Below are positions 36,011 to 46,244 of a stretch of 64,000 nucleotides of DNA, piece by piece (position 1 is the stretch's first letter; each line of letters opens with the position of its first letter). A model generated the notes under the pieces. The model saw only the letters and a program-made list of their open reading frames with translations. It made no database searches and was not told the DNA's origin. Source of the stretch: a virus (lineage: Duplodnaviria > Caudoviricetes); the IMG/VR virus record IMGVR_UViG_3300028596_000001, one strand, 5' to 3'. The translations under genes and the position numbers were made by a program.

Positions 36011-36897
36011 CAGTCGTAGCTCTTGATGATTTGTTCGATGGCGTGTTCGTTCTTGATGATCCGCTCTTGGTAGATCTCGATCTCGCGATCGATTTGCGGA
36101 TCATTGGTACCGTCACGGCGGTTGATCGCCTGGGAGATCTTCATGGCGTGCTGTTGGTTCTTCGCACGCATGTTGTCGATCCGCATCAGGTTGATGTTCT
36201 TCATGCCCAGACCAACCCAGAACGCAGGGTTCAGGTTGTGGATACCGAAGCCTTTACCAACCAGATCGGTGGTGCCTTGGCCAGCGGTGGACTCGAGAAC
36301 GTCCAGAGACACTTCGCTGACTTCTACGTCCGGGATCTTCTCCAGGGTTTGCAGAACCAGGCGACCGCCTTTCAACAGCTCGACGGTGAAGTGCTTGTAG
36401 AACTCGAGAGTACCCTGCATCCACTTTTGATCGTGCACGCTCAGGTACTTGTTCGGATCAACCTTGTTCAGATTGATGGTCAGGCAGACGTCGAAGATCT
36501 TGCCGGTGAACTCCAACCAGTAGTTGATATACTCGACCAGGTTGAGGATGTTGGCTTGACGCAGGGTCACCAGTTTGCCATCCCAGACCTTGGTGTTGTA
36601 GCCACGAATCATCTTCTCCAGACCAGGAGTGATGTGTTTGATCGCAGCCAGACCGAATTCGAGATCACCCAACAGGGACGAACCACGGAAGCCTTTGTCC
36701 TGGACATGGCGCAGCAGCGACTTGGTCAAAGTCCAGCTACCGGCCACTTCATCGAACTGTTTGTTAAGGTTGTTCGCCTTAACGTTGTCGATGTTGGCCA
36801 TCAGGTCGTTGACGCTGACAGTGATACCTGCCAGGAAGGTGTGGAGTTCACCCTCGTTGAAAGTCTTGACCTTACCGGTATAAGACAGAATATCCAT
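36010..36897 (-). CDS. Inner-body protein (phiKZ gp90-like), 295 aa
   Basis: TAATG coupling to upstream gene; size and synteny. Confidence 0.65.
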   Translation of the reverse strand: MDILSYTGKVKTFNEGELHTFLAGITVSVNDLMANIDNVKANNLNKQFDEVAGSWTLTKSLLRHVQDKGFRGSSLLGDLEFGLAAIKHITPGLEKMIRGYNTKVWDGKLVTLRQANILNLVEYINYWLEFTGKIFDVCLTINLNKVDPNKYLSVHDQKWMQGTLEFYKHFTVELLKGGRLVLQTLEKIPDVEVSEVSLDVLESTAGQGTTDLVGKGFGIHNLNPAFWVGLGMKNINLMRIDNMRAKNQQHAMKISQAINRRDGTNDPQIDREIEIYQERIIKNEHAIEQIIKSYD

Positions 36898-38006
36898 TAC
36901 ATGCCTCCGTTGAGCAGCTTGACGAGGTCGGACAGATTGTTCGAGCCCATATCTTTCTTACCTTTCAGCGCCAGGTCTTTACGGGTGTAGATCTCTGGAC
37001 GCGATTGACCGTGGGTGTAGAAGGTGAAGATACCGCGGTCTTCGTTGCAAACCACGATGGTGTTCGCCTTCACAGCCTTGAAGATCTCGTTGCGCGAGTT
37101 CTCGTTGGCGAAACGACGACCGATCGACAACTCGAGTTGGTTGGCGGTGTCCTGAGTAAAGATGAAGGTGTTCGCCAGGTTGTTAACGGAAACAACACCG
37201 GTACGAACGGCAGCGACGCGGTTACCCGACTCGTTGCTCATCGCTTCACGGTAATACCCGGACATGTCCTCGTTCTTGATCTTGAAGCGCTCTTTGATGA
37301 TGTCCTTACCGGTCAGCAGATCAGGTACGGTGATCTCCTTGGTTTGAACCATCAGGAAACGAGCGAACATGCCGTCTTCGATCTTGGCCGCCGAGAACAC
37401 ACGGGTCAGGCTGGCTGGATCGATAGGCACAGGGATCTGACGGAAGGTCAGAGGGAAGTCGATGTCCTTACCGCTGGCGGTAGGCAGGGTAGCCACGACC
37501 GTACGACCCACCGCCAGAGGGGTGTATTCGTTCAGGTCAGGCATGTTCTTACCACCGACGTTAACGGTAGGAATGAACTCCTTCTCTTCCTTGGCTTTCT
37601 CTTCTTTGGTCTTGATGTTGTTGTCGTGGGCTTCGATACCCGCGAGGCACAACAGACCGGCGCGCTTCGGATTGATGGAACCAATCAGGTTCTCAACCTT
37701 CACGCCCATCGCTACGGAACTCTCCATCGACAGGTGGGTGAGAGTAGCGACGATGTCACGCAGGTTGACGATTTGCATCAGGTCATTCATGTACTCCTGG
37801 TGCAAAGAAGTAGCTTCGATTACCACCATCGGAGCCACGATAGAACGCGCCGCGCTCTCGTGAACCGAGGTGGTGGAAACCACATTGTATGCCTGCCTGA
37901 CATTGTCCGCTGCGTTGGCTGCGGAGGTGATATCTTTGCTGTCTGGGTAGAGTTTGGAGGCCACACCCAGAAACAGAGATCCCAGGTTCAAAACTGCAGA
38001 GATCAT
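36897..38006 (-). CDS. Inner-body protein (phiKZ gp89-like), 369 aa
   Basis: GAGGT SD; AGIEA site; divergent from the baseplate pair as in phiKZ-like phages. Confidence 0.65.
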   Translation of the reverse strand: MISAVLNLGSLFLGVASKLYPDSKDITSAANAADNVRQAYNVVSTTSVHESAARSIVAPMVVIEATSLHQEYMNDLMQIVNLRDIVATLTHLSMESSVAMGVKVENLIGSINPKRAGLLCLAGIEAHDNNIKTKEEKAKEEKEFIPTVNVGGKNMPDLNEYTPLAVGRTVVATLPTASGKDIDFPLTFRQIPVPIDPASLTRVFSAAKIEDGMFARFLMVQTKEITVPDLLTGKDIIKERFKIKNEDMSGYYREAMSNESGNRVAAVRTGVVSVNNLANTFIFTQDTANQLELSIGRRFANENSRNEIFKAVKANTIVVCNEDRGIFTFYTHGQSRPEIYTRKDLALKGKKDMGSNNLSDLVKLLNGGM

Positions 38007-38039
38007 GAAAATTTACCTCTATTTGTAAGAGAAAAGACG

Positions 38040-39107
38040 ATGGCAGATAACCCGCTCAACGGATGGTTTGATGGGACTCCAGGTAACCAGAAACCAGGCC
38101 GAGATCTAGATCAGTCCAGCTATGAGGATTGGCTTGACTTTGCGTTCCGAGAGAACGGTGGACCAGGCTACCGATCAGCAATGATCAACATGTTGCGTGG
38201 GGCAAGGATTCTGGGCCCCGGGAACCAACAGGCCCCCATCCCCGACGACACCATAGGATTGGTTTTCATGAACCGTCCTAAACTTAATTTGTCCGACCGA
38301 AATATCCAGGAACATCCGCAATTACTTACTCTTATCAGCCCTCCGCAGAATAGTCTTTCTGCTTATATAAAGGGTCTATTAGATCCTAACTGGGCTCGTG
38401 GTAATAGCGGCATGGTAGAATTCCTCGATCCCTTGTATCCATGGATCGCCCCTGTAAGTAACCTGATCAAGGTGTGCAGCGGTTTCCCTGACGTTAGTCT
38501 CAACGTGGCCCGCTCCACGCCCGGTATTCGTAAAGAAGTCTATCAGTACGTTGACGGCATCTTGCCAGTTAACTACGACTTCGATATGTCGATGTCCTTC
38601 TTCCCTATCAAGCACAACATCTTGGCGAACATGTTCGATGTGTGGAACCATTACATCGACGGGGTTTCCACTGGTGACGAAGGGATGGAGCCTTATGCTG
38701 AAGCGCTTATTCAAAACTATCGTGATTTCGACGCTACTATCTTCACGATCATTCTGAACAAGAACCTGCGTAACGTGGAAGGCATTTACAACAACGGTTA
38801 TTGCTGGCCTAACACTTACCCGTCTGGTGCGTTCAGTTCCATTGACCGTACGCAGGATACCTTGCGCGGCCAGGGGCAGGATGAGCTAGAGATCCGCTTC
38901 CCTAGTGTGGGTTTCCGTTATAACAACTTGAAGGTGGTGGATCGGTTCAACCGGATCACTTTGGAATTCAACCCGAACATGATGCCAGGTATTCGTGAAG
39001 AGAACTACCGCAAGCTCGAAGTAGCCGAGTACTTTGCTGGTGGTTACCACGCCTATCCTTGGATCAATCCATTGAACATGGAAATGGAATACTGGAGTCC
39101 CAAGTAA
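38040..39107 (+). CDS. Virion structural protein, tube-like baseplate component (phiKZ gp88-like), 355 aa
   Basis: Real start MADNPLNGW at 38040 within the 37005 ORF; GLVFMNRPKLNLSD motif; tube-fold-like beta pattern. Confidence 0.6.
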   Translation: MADNPLNGWFDGTPGNQKPGRDLDQSSYEDWLDFAFRENGGPGYRSAMINMLRGARILGPGNQQAPIPDDTIGLVFMNRPKLNLSDRNIQEHPQLLTLISPPQNSLSAYIKGLLDPNWARGNSGMVEFLDPLYPWIAPVSNLIKVCSGFPDVSLNVARSTPGIRKEVYQYVDGILPVNYDFDMSMSFFPIKHNILANMFDVWNHYIDGVSTGDEGMEPYAEALIQNYRDFDATIFTIILNKNLRNVEGIYNNGYCWPNTYPSGAFSSIDRTQDTLRGQGQDELEIRFPSVGFRYNNLKVVDRFNRITLEFNPNMMPGIREENYRKLEVAEYFAGGYHAYPWINPLNMEMEYWSPK

Positions 39108-42049
39108 TGGCCATTAGTCAAGATCAACTTATTGCTCTGGCGGATAACCCAGAGCGTGGTATCGATACCATCATCAACGATATCGAGAATACCTGGTTCG
39201 ATAAACGGGTCCAGCTTAACAGTAAAACCCACCCAGCTATCTTTGCTGCGGATCTGATCATTGGCACCTCGTATGGCGTGCTGAACCGTATCGACGACTC
39301 GATCAGTCGTAACTTTGCAGACCATGCGCGGAACATCTCTGACCTGGCCAAGCACATGGGCGACGAAGAGAAGATCGGTCTGTTCGGTAACCCTAGTAAC
39401 TGCACCATGGTTCTGGGTATTCAGATCAATGCCTTTAATAACCTGGCCAAGGATAAGACCGTTACGGTAGGCAAGGTTACCACCACGTACAAAATGCTGT
39501 TGTTCCCCAAAGATACCGAGATCATCATCAACGGCTATTACTTCGCCATTGAGAACGGCATCGAGATCCGTTACAAGGAGTCTTCGGGTTACCAGGTAGT
39601 GTATGACGATAGCACACCTAACTCCCAGGCTCCTATCCGTGACAACGTGCTCAAACGTGGCTTCAAAGAAGAGAACGGTCAGATGTTCTTGGTTATCCAA
39701 GTTCCTGTTCGTCAACTCCGCTGTTTGGCTACTGAAGGCCTGACCTCCAACGCCTCGTCTGGTTGCCGTGGGAACATCGAATACCCGGATAACCTGTATA
39801 ACGTTCGTGCCTTTATTCGTCGTGGTTCTAACCCGAACGTGTTGCAGGAAATCAAGGTAGCCTTCGACCAGGATGTGTTCGACCAGAACAACACCACGCT
39901 GTCGCTGAATATCGACACCACCAACAAGACCTTCAACTACGAGATCCCCGACGTTTATATCCAGGATGGTAGCGGTGTTGGCACAGTCCACATTTATACC
40001 TACACCACCAAGGGTGATCTGGTTAAAGACTTCCGTGAAGTACCGTTGAAGGAGATCGTGGTCAACTACCAGGACTACCGTTATGGTGCTGGGCGTCTTG
40101 GTCCTTATTCGGAAGGTTTGCGTAACTCTGGTGCTATCGCTTGGGGTGTCACTGAGATGACCCGTGGTGGTACTAACCCAAGACCGTTCCTGGAAGTCAA
40201 GGAAAGCTTCTTGCAGGGTCGTCGGGTACGTAATCTGCCTATCACCGAGAACAACCTGGAAGGTACAGTAGAAGGCTTCGGCTATAACTCGGTTAAGAGT
40301 ATCGATTACCTCACTGGTCGCCAGTACTCGATTACCAAGGAACTGCCTAAGCAAAGCAACAAAGACTTCTACGCTCCTATGGCGTGCTTTGTGGGTAGTC
40401 ACCTCACTTCTGCTAACCAGTTGGTGGCAAGTGGTGTGGTGTTGGATAACGGTAAGCGTATTACCATTCCGCACAACGTATTGTTCGACGTCAGTGCTTA
40501 TACCACTCAGCTGGTTACCCAGCCGATCAAGGATAAGTATCTGGGCCTGTCCAACGAAGCGCTGGTGGAGCTGGTCAGTAATAAGACCTTGGTCTACACC
40601 CCGTTCTACTACGTGATGGATACCACCAACAACCAGGCGGTATTGCGTACCTATCACCTGGACAGCCCGAAGTTCGGTTACCAAACCTTTGTGGCCGAGA
40701 ACGACGCTCTCAACATCGAAGTAGGTGTTGGGCAAATCGACATGGTCCATCAGGAAGACGGTTACCTGATCACCATCGTTACCCAGAGCAGCCAGAGCTA
40801 CAAGGAACTGGACAACGATGCGGTCGGTGTACAGATGTCGATGAACATTGTCGACTCTGAGTCGTTGGCTAGCCTTAAGGCTACGTTCTACGGTGTTACT
40901 GAAGCCGGTGAGCGTATCTGGCAGTTCAAGTTGAAGACCAACTTCGACCTGGACATTAACGACGTACTGTACTTCAACAACCTGTGGATGTTCGGCCAGC
41001 AGCAGTACAGTGTTGGTACTCCGCTCGATATGAACATGACGTTCATCTTCACCATCAGTGGTGACCCTACTGCCACAGACACTCCGTCCGATCGCAAGAT
41101 TGAACAGAGCATGTTTGCTGACAACCAGGTAGCCATTATCGAGACTTCTTATTCGGTTGTTATCGGTAGCCGTCTGGGCAACCTGTACAGTCGGATTCGT
41201 CCATTGGTTGGTGAAGGTCAGTACAAGCGCTATGAACAGGACGTGCCTGAAACCTACCCTGCTGATGTATTGAAGCGGGATGACGAAGGCAAGTTGATGT
41301 TTGACGGCCAAGGTGAAGTCATCGTCGAGCATCGTGCTGGCGAGATCATGTACAACAGCGCTGGCAAGATCATTCTGCGTTACCGTAAGAATGACTTCAT
41401 CCTGGACAGTGCTGGTCAGCGTATCCCTCTGGCACCACGTGAACTCCTGCATCACTTCGACTTCATTGCGTTTGATGCGGCTTACTACTTCAGTCGTGAT
41501 GATTACGACAAAGAGTTTGCTCAGGAGACCAAGGACCACTTCGTCCATGTAGTCGGTGCGGATATGAGTTACTTCGACACATTGACTCTGGACCGTACTG
41601 GGTTGTTCTACCAGCCGCGTAGCAAGATCGGTCCGGTACAAGTGTTGGTCAACAGTAACTACCAGATGTACCTCAAGCAAGACCTGAGTTTCGTGTTGGT
41701 GTACTACTTGACTCAGGGTGGCTACAAGAACCAGAACTTGAAAGACTCGCTGTTGGCTAGCAGTCCTAAAGTGATCAACGAAATGCTGGACGGTGCTACA
41801 ACTATCTCCACCGCAGAGATCATCCAAGCTTTGCGGAACAACGCACCACCTGAAGTAGTGGGCATCAAGCTCAACGCTTTGGCAGGGGATAGCACAGTAG
41901 ATATTATCAGTAACGAAGACTCGCTGACCGGTTTCAGTGTTCGTAAGTTGCTGAAGCTGACCAGTGACCAGTTGGTGGCGGTACAAGAGGCGATCGATAC
42001 CTCGTTCATGCCTCACGACCGTGCAATGGTAAGTATGGGCCAAGTATAA
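39107..42049 (+). CDS. Large baseplate protein (phiKZ gp87-like), about 980 aa
   Basis: TAATG overlap at 39105-39109 with TGGAG SD; beta-rich; synteny. Confidence 0.65.
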   Translation: MAISQDQLIALADNPERGIDTIINDIENTWFDKRVQLNSKTHPAIFAADLIIGTSYGVLNRIDDSISRNFADHARNISDLAKHMGDEEKIGLFGNPSNCTMVLGIQINAFNNLAKDKTVTVGKVTTTYKMLLFPKDTEIIINGYYFAIENGIEIRYKESSGYQVVYDDSTPNSQAPIRDNVLKRGFKEENGQMFLVIQVPVRQLRCLATEGLTSNASSGCRGNIEYPDNLYNVRAFIRRGSNPNVLQEIKVAFDQDVFDQNNTTLSLNIDTTNKTFNYEIPDVYIQDGSGVGTVHIYTYTTKGDLVKDFREVPLKEIVVNYQDYRYGAGRLGPYSEGLRNSGAIAWGVTEMTRGGTNPRPFLEVKESFLQGRRVRNLPITENNLEGTVEGFGYNSVKSIDYLTGRQYSITKELPKQSNKDFYAPMACFVGSHLTSANQLVASGVVLDNGKRITIPHNVLFDVSAYTTQLVTQPIKDKYLGLSNEALVELVSNKTLVYTPFYYVMDTTNNQAVLRTYHLDSPKFGYQTFVAENDALNIEVGVGQIDMVHQEDGYLITIVTQSSQSYKELDNDAVGVQMSMNIVDSESLASLKATFYGVTEAGERIWQFKLKTNFDLDINDVLYFNNLWMFGQQQYSVGTPLDMNMTFIFTISGDPTATDTPSDRKIEQSMFADNQVAIIETSYSVVIGSRLGNLYSRIRPLVGEGQYKRYEQDVPETYPADVLKRDDEGKLMFDGQGEVIVEHRAGEIMYNSAGKIILRYRKNDFILDSAGQRIPLAPRELLHHFDFIAFDAAYYFSRDDYDKEFAQETKDHFVHVVGADMSYFDTLTLDRTGLFYQPRSKIGPVQVLVNSNYQMYLKQDLSFVLVYYLTQGGYKNQNLKDSLLASSPKVINEMLDGATTISTAEIIQALRNNAPPEVVGIKLNALAGDSTVDIISNEDSLTGFSVRKLLKLTSDQLVAVQEAIDTSFMPHDRAMVSMGQV

Positions 42050-42061
42050 AGCTATAAACCT

Positions 42062-42097
42062 TACTACCCCTAGCCCTTAACGGGGCTAGGGGTAGTA
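42062..42097. terminator. 15-bp hairpin between convergent genes
   Basis: TACTACCCCTAGCCC-TTAACG-GGGCTAGGGGTAGTA. Confidence 0.8.
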
Positions 42098-42104
42098 TAG
42101 GCCT

Positions 42105-42845
42105 TTATTCCGCGATTACTTCCAAGGTAGAAGCCAACTGGGTCAAGTACTCAGCGAACAAGTACGTGAAGTTGATTTCTGCCAGGTACGACTTGGTGCT
42201 GTACTGCACACCGGCCAGACTAGGATTGTCGCTACCTTCTTCAGGCTCACGGTTACGACGTTCCACTACCTTGTGATGCGCTTCCTTGAGGTCAGGGAGG
42301 AAGTCCGTGATGAACAGATAGTCCCCGTCTTCCACAAGCTGGGATTCCACCTTGTAGTCTTTCCACGCACTGGCTTCAGCTGCTTCTTCAACGCTCAGGG
42401 TAAACGAGTTCCAGCGGATGCCCTCGATATAGATGAGGACGTTACGACGGAATTCGTTATGAGCATTCAGCGCCACTTCGTTGTTGGGATCGAAATGGCT
42501 CAGCTGCTTCAGGATTACACCGATGTAGTTCTCGATGTAATGCTGTGTATCCAGCATGAAGGTAATGCCAGGCTTGGTAGGACCGGCGATGTTATCCAAC
42601 GCATACCCAGGCAAACCAGCGTAACGAATGATCGAGGAGTTCTCAGCGGGGAACGACGCCGACAACTGAGCTACCAATTTCTTGGCTTCAGGTGTCTCAC
42701 CCCAGATACCTTTAATGATCACCCGAGCAGCCCCGAGGGTCACACCTTTGTCCAGCGCACTACGGATCTGCTCGAGGTTACCCGCGCATTCCTGGATAGC
42801 CACTTCTGCGGCGGTACGAGAAGTTACGATAGTTTCCCAGTTCAT
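42105..42845 (-). CDS. Hypothetical protein (246 aa)
   Basis: ATGA overlap with the upstream head-protein gene. Confidence 0.65.
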   Translation of the reverse strand: MNWETIVTSRTAAEVAIQECAGNLEQIRSALDKGVTLGAARVIIKGIWGETPEAKKLVAQLSASFPAENSSIIRYAGLPGYALDNIAGPTKPGITFMLDTQHYIENYIGVILKQLSHFDPNNEVALNAHNEFRRNVLIYIEGIRWNSFTLSVEEAAEASAWKDYKVESQLVEDGDYLFITDFLPDLKEAHHKVVERRNREPEEGSDNPSLAGVQYSTKSYLAEINFTYLFAEYLTQLASTLEVIAE

Positions 42846-44392
42846 ACGGTTTTACCCCAGCCGATTTGTCGAGTGAAGTTGTTGTAGACTTCCTTGAGGT
42901 TCTTCATGTCGGCTTGTGCGTAGTTGTGGAACTCAGCACTGAGCTTTTCCATGAAGGTCTTGGCGTCTGCATCTTTGATGAACATCAAGGGCTGAGGGCG
43001 ACCCTTGCTATCTACCAACGGTTTATGACCATTCTTCTTGGCGTCTGCGATCGACTTCTTCATGGTCTCGATGTCACCCAACACGCCACCGTAGTAGAAG
43101 GCGTGCGCACGGTTATGCCATTCGATCAGATTGGTCGCTTGTTTCTGCACAACGATCAGCGCCTGGGACACACTGAAGCAGAACTGGGTAAAGCTTCGCA
43201 CCTCGATGGTCATTCGCTGATATTCAGTAATCAACTGATGTTCAGTCGGGATAGACTTGAAGTTGAAGAAGTCGTTCATGTCCTTGATCTTTGCAGACTC
43301 AGACTTGTCGACGATATTACCGAGTTCTTTCCAGTTGATGCCAGACAGGTCCAGCTCGTTATCGGAGATCTGTTGATAACGTGCGTTCAGGCCCTGGATC
43401 GTAGCCATGATCACCGGAATATCTTGAGGAGGCAGCTCCAGCTTTTCGGTGTGGATGGTTTGCTTGAGCTTAGCACGGACTTTGTCGAAGCCCTCGGTCA
43501 GTTCTTCGTTGGTAAACTTGAGCTTATACAGCTCTTCGTAAACCTTGCCGACGATCTCACTGATAGGAGCAACGTCCAACCCAGCTTTGACTTCCTGGAT
43601 AGCTTTGGTAACCCGGTTAACTTCTGGCGAGCTAGCGAGGCTGATAGCTTCACCACGGCTTTTACGAACCATGGTAGCCTTATGCTCGTCAGCGATAACC
43701 TTCTTCAGACGACGGACGTTCTGTTCAACCGAGTTACTAGCCTGGCGCAGTTTGGCTACTGCTTGTTGCAACAGAGGGAGAGCAGCACTGAGACCATTAA
43801 TGGAATCAACGTCTTTGTCCATCTTGCTTTTCAGCAGCATGACCTGGAGCACTGGACTCTTACCAGCAGGCAGTTCACCCAGGTAGTTCTCCACGTTGTA
43901 CTGACCAACAGGGAAACCCAAACCTTTGAGCGTAGCGGCGAACTCTTCCTTGAGTTCTTCCAGGTTATCGTCGATAGCCTTGGTGATCCTGGCGCTCTTA
44001 CGGAAGCCGAAGAACGTCTTGACCCCGTCTACCACCCAGTCGATGGCCATACGGATGTACTTGATGATCCCTTCGATTACCACTTGGAATCTGTCAGCGA
44101 TTGCCGAGAAGAAACCTTCAGCACCAGTGCGGGCGTTACGTTCCGATGGGAAAGGGTCGTAGCTGGATGTGTTGGGTAGGTCCATGAGGCGCGCTACGTC
44201 TTTCGACAGCTTGCGCAGCGAGAGTTGTTCAAACCCTTGCATCATGACGGTGCCTTCGTCCTGACCGGTCTCTTTGTAATACTCATCGAGATCGATGCGC
44301 TGCTTGCCTTCCCCCGGCTGATAGGAATCAGTAGGAGCTGAATTGCCTACCTGTTTGTAGGAATCCAACTGGGAAGTTGGTTCATCACTCAT
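42842..44392 (-). CDS. Head/ejection protein paralog (516 aa; phiKZ gp86 position)
   Basis: QGFEQ and TGAEG sites, then an amphipathic helix FFSAIADRFQVVIEGIIKYIRMAIDWVVDGVKTFF; long helical body. Confidence 0.7.
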   Translation of the reverse strand: MSDEPTSQLDSYKQVGNSAPTDSYQPGEGKQRIDLDEYYKETGQDEGTVMMQGFEQLSLRKLSKDVARLMDLPNTSSYDPFPSERNARTGAEGFFSAIADRFQVVIEGIIKYIRMAIDWVVDGVKTFFGFRKSARITKAIDDNLEELKEEFAATLKGLGFPVGQYNVENYLGELPAGKSPVLQVMLLKSKMDKDVDSINGLSAALPLLQQAVAKLRQASNSVEQNVRRLKKVIADEHKATMVRKSRGEAISLASSPEVNRVTKAIQEVKAGLDVAPISEIVGKVYEELYKLKFTNEELTEGFDKVRAKLKQTIHTEKLELPPQDIPVIMATIQGLNARYQQISDNELDLSGINWKELGNIVDKSESAKIKDMNDFFNFKSIPTEHQLITEYQRMTIEVRSFTQFCFSVSQALIVVQKQATNLIEWHNRAHAFYYGGVLGDIETMKKSIADAKKNGHKPLVDSKGRPQPLMFIKDADAKTFMEKLSAEFHNYAQADMKNLKEVYNNFTRQIGWGKTV

Positions 44393-44789
44393 GGCACGAC
44401 TCCAGTTCCTTGATCAGGTAACCGACCAGCTCGCTGAAGCCTGGGGCTTTGGAAGCGTCAACTTCGCCTTCCTTGGACCACAGGGTGAACTGCTTGGCGC
44501 ACGGCAGGCTACCGGTGTTCGCCATGCTGCCGGCGATCAGGTTGATACGGGTAAGGATCGACTGGTGAATGAAACGGCCGTTGATAGGCGAAACGCTGTT
44601 CCACTTTTCCAGCTGGTGGTAGAGAACCTTTTCCATGTCGGCCGTGAACACGCCACCAGACTTGAAGGCTACCGCCAAACCAGCACGGATGTAAGCTTCG
44701 TTGAGCATGTGGCTTTGTTCTTCTGGACAGAACACACCTTGCTCGGTGTACGCCTTTTTAACTTCCAACACGTGGATGAGATGAGACAT
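44385..44789 (-). CDS. Conserved small virion protein (134 aa)
   Basis: AAGGAG SD; 8-nt overlap with the next gene. Confidence 0.65.
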   Translation of the reverse strand: MSHLIHVLEVKKAYTEQGVFCPEEQSHMLNEAYIRAGLAVAFKSGGVFTADMEKVLYHQLEKWNSVSPINGRFIHQSILTRINLIAGSMANTGSLPCAKQFTLWSKEGEVDASKAPGFSELVGYLIKELESCHE

Positions 44790-44800
44790 TGTTTAGCTCC

Positions 44801-46165
44801 TTAAGCCAAAGATTTGAGGCGTTCCGCCAGTACAATCATTTCGTTGTTACCCAGGGCTTGGGTGAAATGCTCGAGTTCTTGTTTCTTGAAATCAGCACCA
44901 GCAAACATCCAGCCGGCGAAGCGTTTAACGAAGGTACCTTCATACCAAGGCTTGATGGCCTTGTTGATCTCCAACAGCTTCTCGATGTCGGCAACCAATT
45001 CAGTACGTTCGTTAGCAGGCATGCCTTTAACTTCTTTCAGCTTAGCGATAAGCTGGCGCACGGCATCTTCGAACCGTCGATGGTTGGAGTTGTACACACC
45101 AGAGAAGCCTGGAGTGAAGTACGCCAAGATCAGCGTCAGTACAAAGATGAAGATACCGCCAAGGGCCAACGCAGCACCGGGAATACCCGCAGCCACCATC
45201 AGAACCAATTGGGGGAAGAAGAGCGCGCTGGTAAACAGAGTATAAACGATACCGGCGGTGAACATGTCGAGCAGGATGGTAATGCACCCCTGGTCCACCA
45301 GAACACCGATAGCAGCGATCACACCTTTGCCGCAGCCCATACGGATAGCGTAAACGTCAGCGATAACTTCGCTAGACATCTGTTCTACACCCAGGGACAG
45401 AGCGCGAGTAGTATTCCGCTGGTTGACCAGTTTATTGAAATACATGATCGCAGTATGCTCGTCACTGTTCTGTGCCAGCTCTTGCAATTCAGCTTGTTTG
45501 TCCGGACGGAGGTCCATCACTGCACTCATGTCTTGCAGGACCACAACACGTTCTTCAGGCGATGCCTTGCCTTGATAGAAGCGCAGAGCCGCTTTACCGA
45601 TAACGTTATCGGCAGCAACGGTGAACATCAGCGCACAGCCACCGTAGCAGTGGCCTATCTCGTGAGCAATGGCTCCAGTCAGAATCCCAGCGATCGACAC
45701 GTTGTACTTTTGAATCTTATCGCTAGGGAAAGTATCCGAAAGGTTAACGTTAATCCGCATGGTGATTGGCAGATCACAGAAGGCACCTTTAACCTTGCCA
45801 GTACGGAAATCTACTTCCCCTTTGAACACTTTGTTTTTGTTCTGGACGAACCACTTGTAAAGGGTGGTCTCGGTAGACTTGAGGAGCCCATCCAGCCCAG
45901 CGCTGTTGAGTACATGGTTTGGCGAGAAGTAACCGACGTCTACGGAAAGGTTACCCTCTTCGACCAGCTCGATCTTGACGTTACGGAAACCAGTGAATTC
46001 TTCAATGATGTCCTTAATGCCCTTAACCGAATCCTTGGAGAGAGTATTGGTGTTATTAATATTGTTTTCCAGGAACCCTGAAAGTTTTACGTAGAAGTCA
46101 TCACTCTGAAAGTTGATGAATTCCAAACCTTCCCTGGGTTGGGTAAGGAACGACATGGACAGCAT
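44801..46165 (-). CDS. Virion protein with HExxH zinc-metalloprotease motif and membrane segment (454 aa; phiKZ gp84 position)
   Basis: GAIAHEIGH, downstream EVIADVYAIRMG, long hydrophobic stretch, N-terminal EGLEF site. Confidence 0.7.
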   Translation of the reverse strand: MLSMSFLTQPREGLEFINFQSDDFYVKLSGFLENNINNTNTLSKDSVKGIKDIIEEFTGFRNVKIELVEEGNLSVDVGYFSPNHVLNSAGLDGLLKSTETTLYKWFVQNKNKVFKGEVDFRTGKVKGAFCDLPITMRINVNLSDTFPSDKIQKYNVSIAGILTGAIAHEIGHCYGGCALMFTVAADNVIGKAALRFYQGKASPEERVVVLQDMSAVMDLRPDKQAELQELAQNSDEHTAIMYFNKLVNQRNTTRALSLGVEQMSSEVIADVYAIRMGCGKGVIAAIGVLVDQGCITILLDMFTAGIVYTLFTSALFFPQLVLMVAAGIPGAALALGGIFIFVLTLILAYFTPGFSGVYNSNHRRFEDAVRQLIAKLKEVKGMPANERTELVADIEKLLEINKAIKPWYEGTFVKRFAGWMFAGADFKKQELEHFTQALGNNEMIVLAERLKSLA

Positions 46166-46244
46166 AAGAACACACCCCTCATATTTTTAACTGGGTCGCT
46201 ATGGTTATAGCGCAAAATTCGAGACATAAAATGCAGGCATTTCC

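Noticed and set aside
37005-38039. 5' extension of the 700-aa plus-strand ORF
   Set aside because: It is the antisense shadow of the 369-aa inner-body gene; the real gene starts at ATG 38040.
18091-42043. Very long antisense ORFs (18091-20478, 25151-26398, 26343-27869, 28662-30173, 31867-33159, 39053-42043; also 48132-50021 and others)
   Set aside because: They mirror real genes codon-for-codon. Avoidance of TTA, CTA and TCA in the sense genes removes antisense stops. No SDs or protein-like composition.
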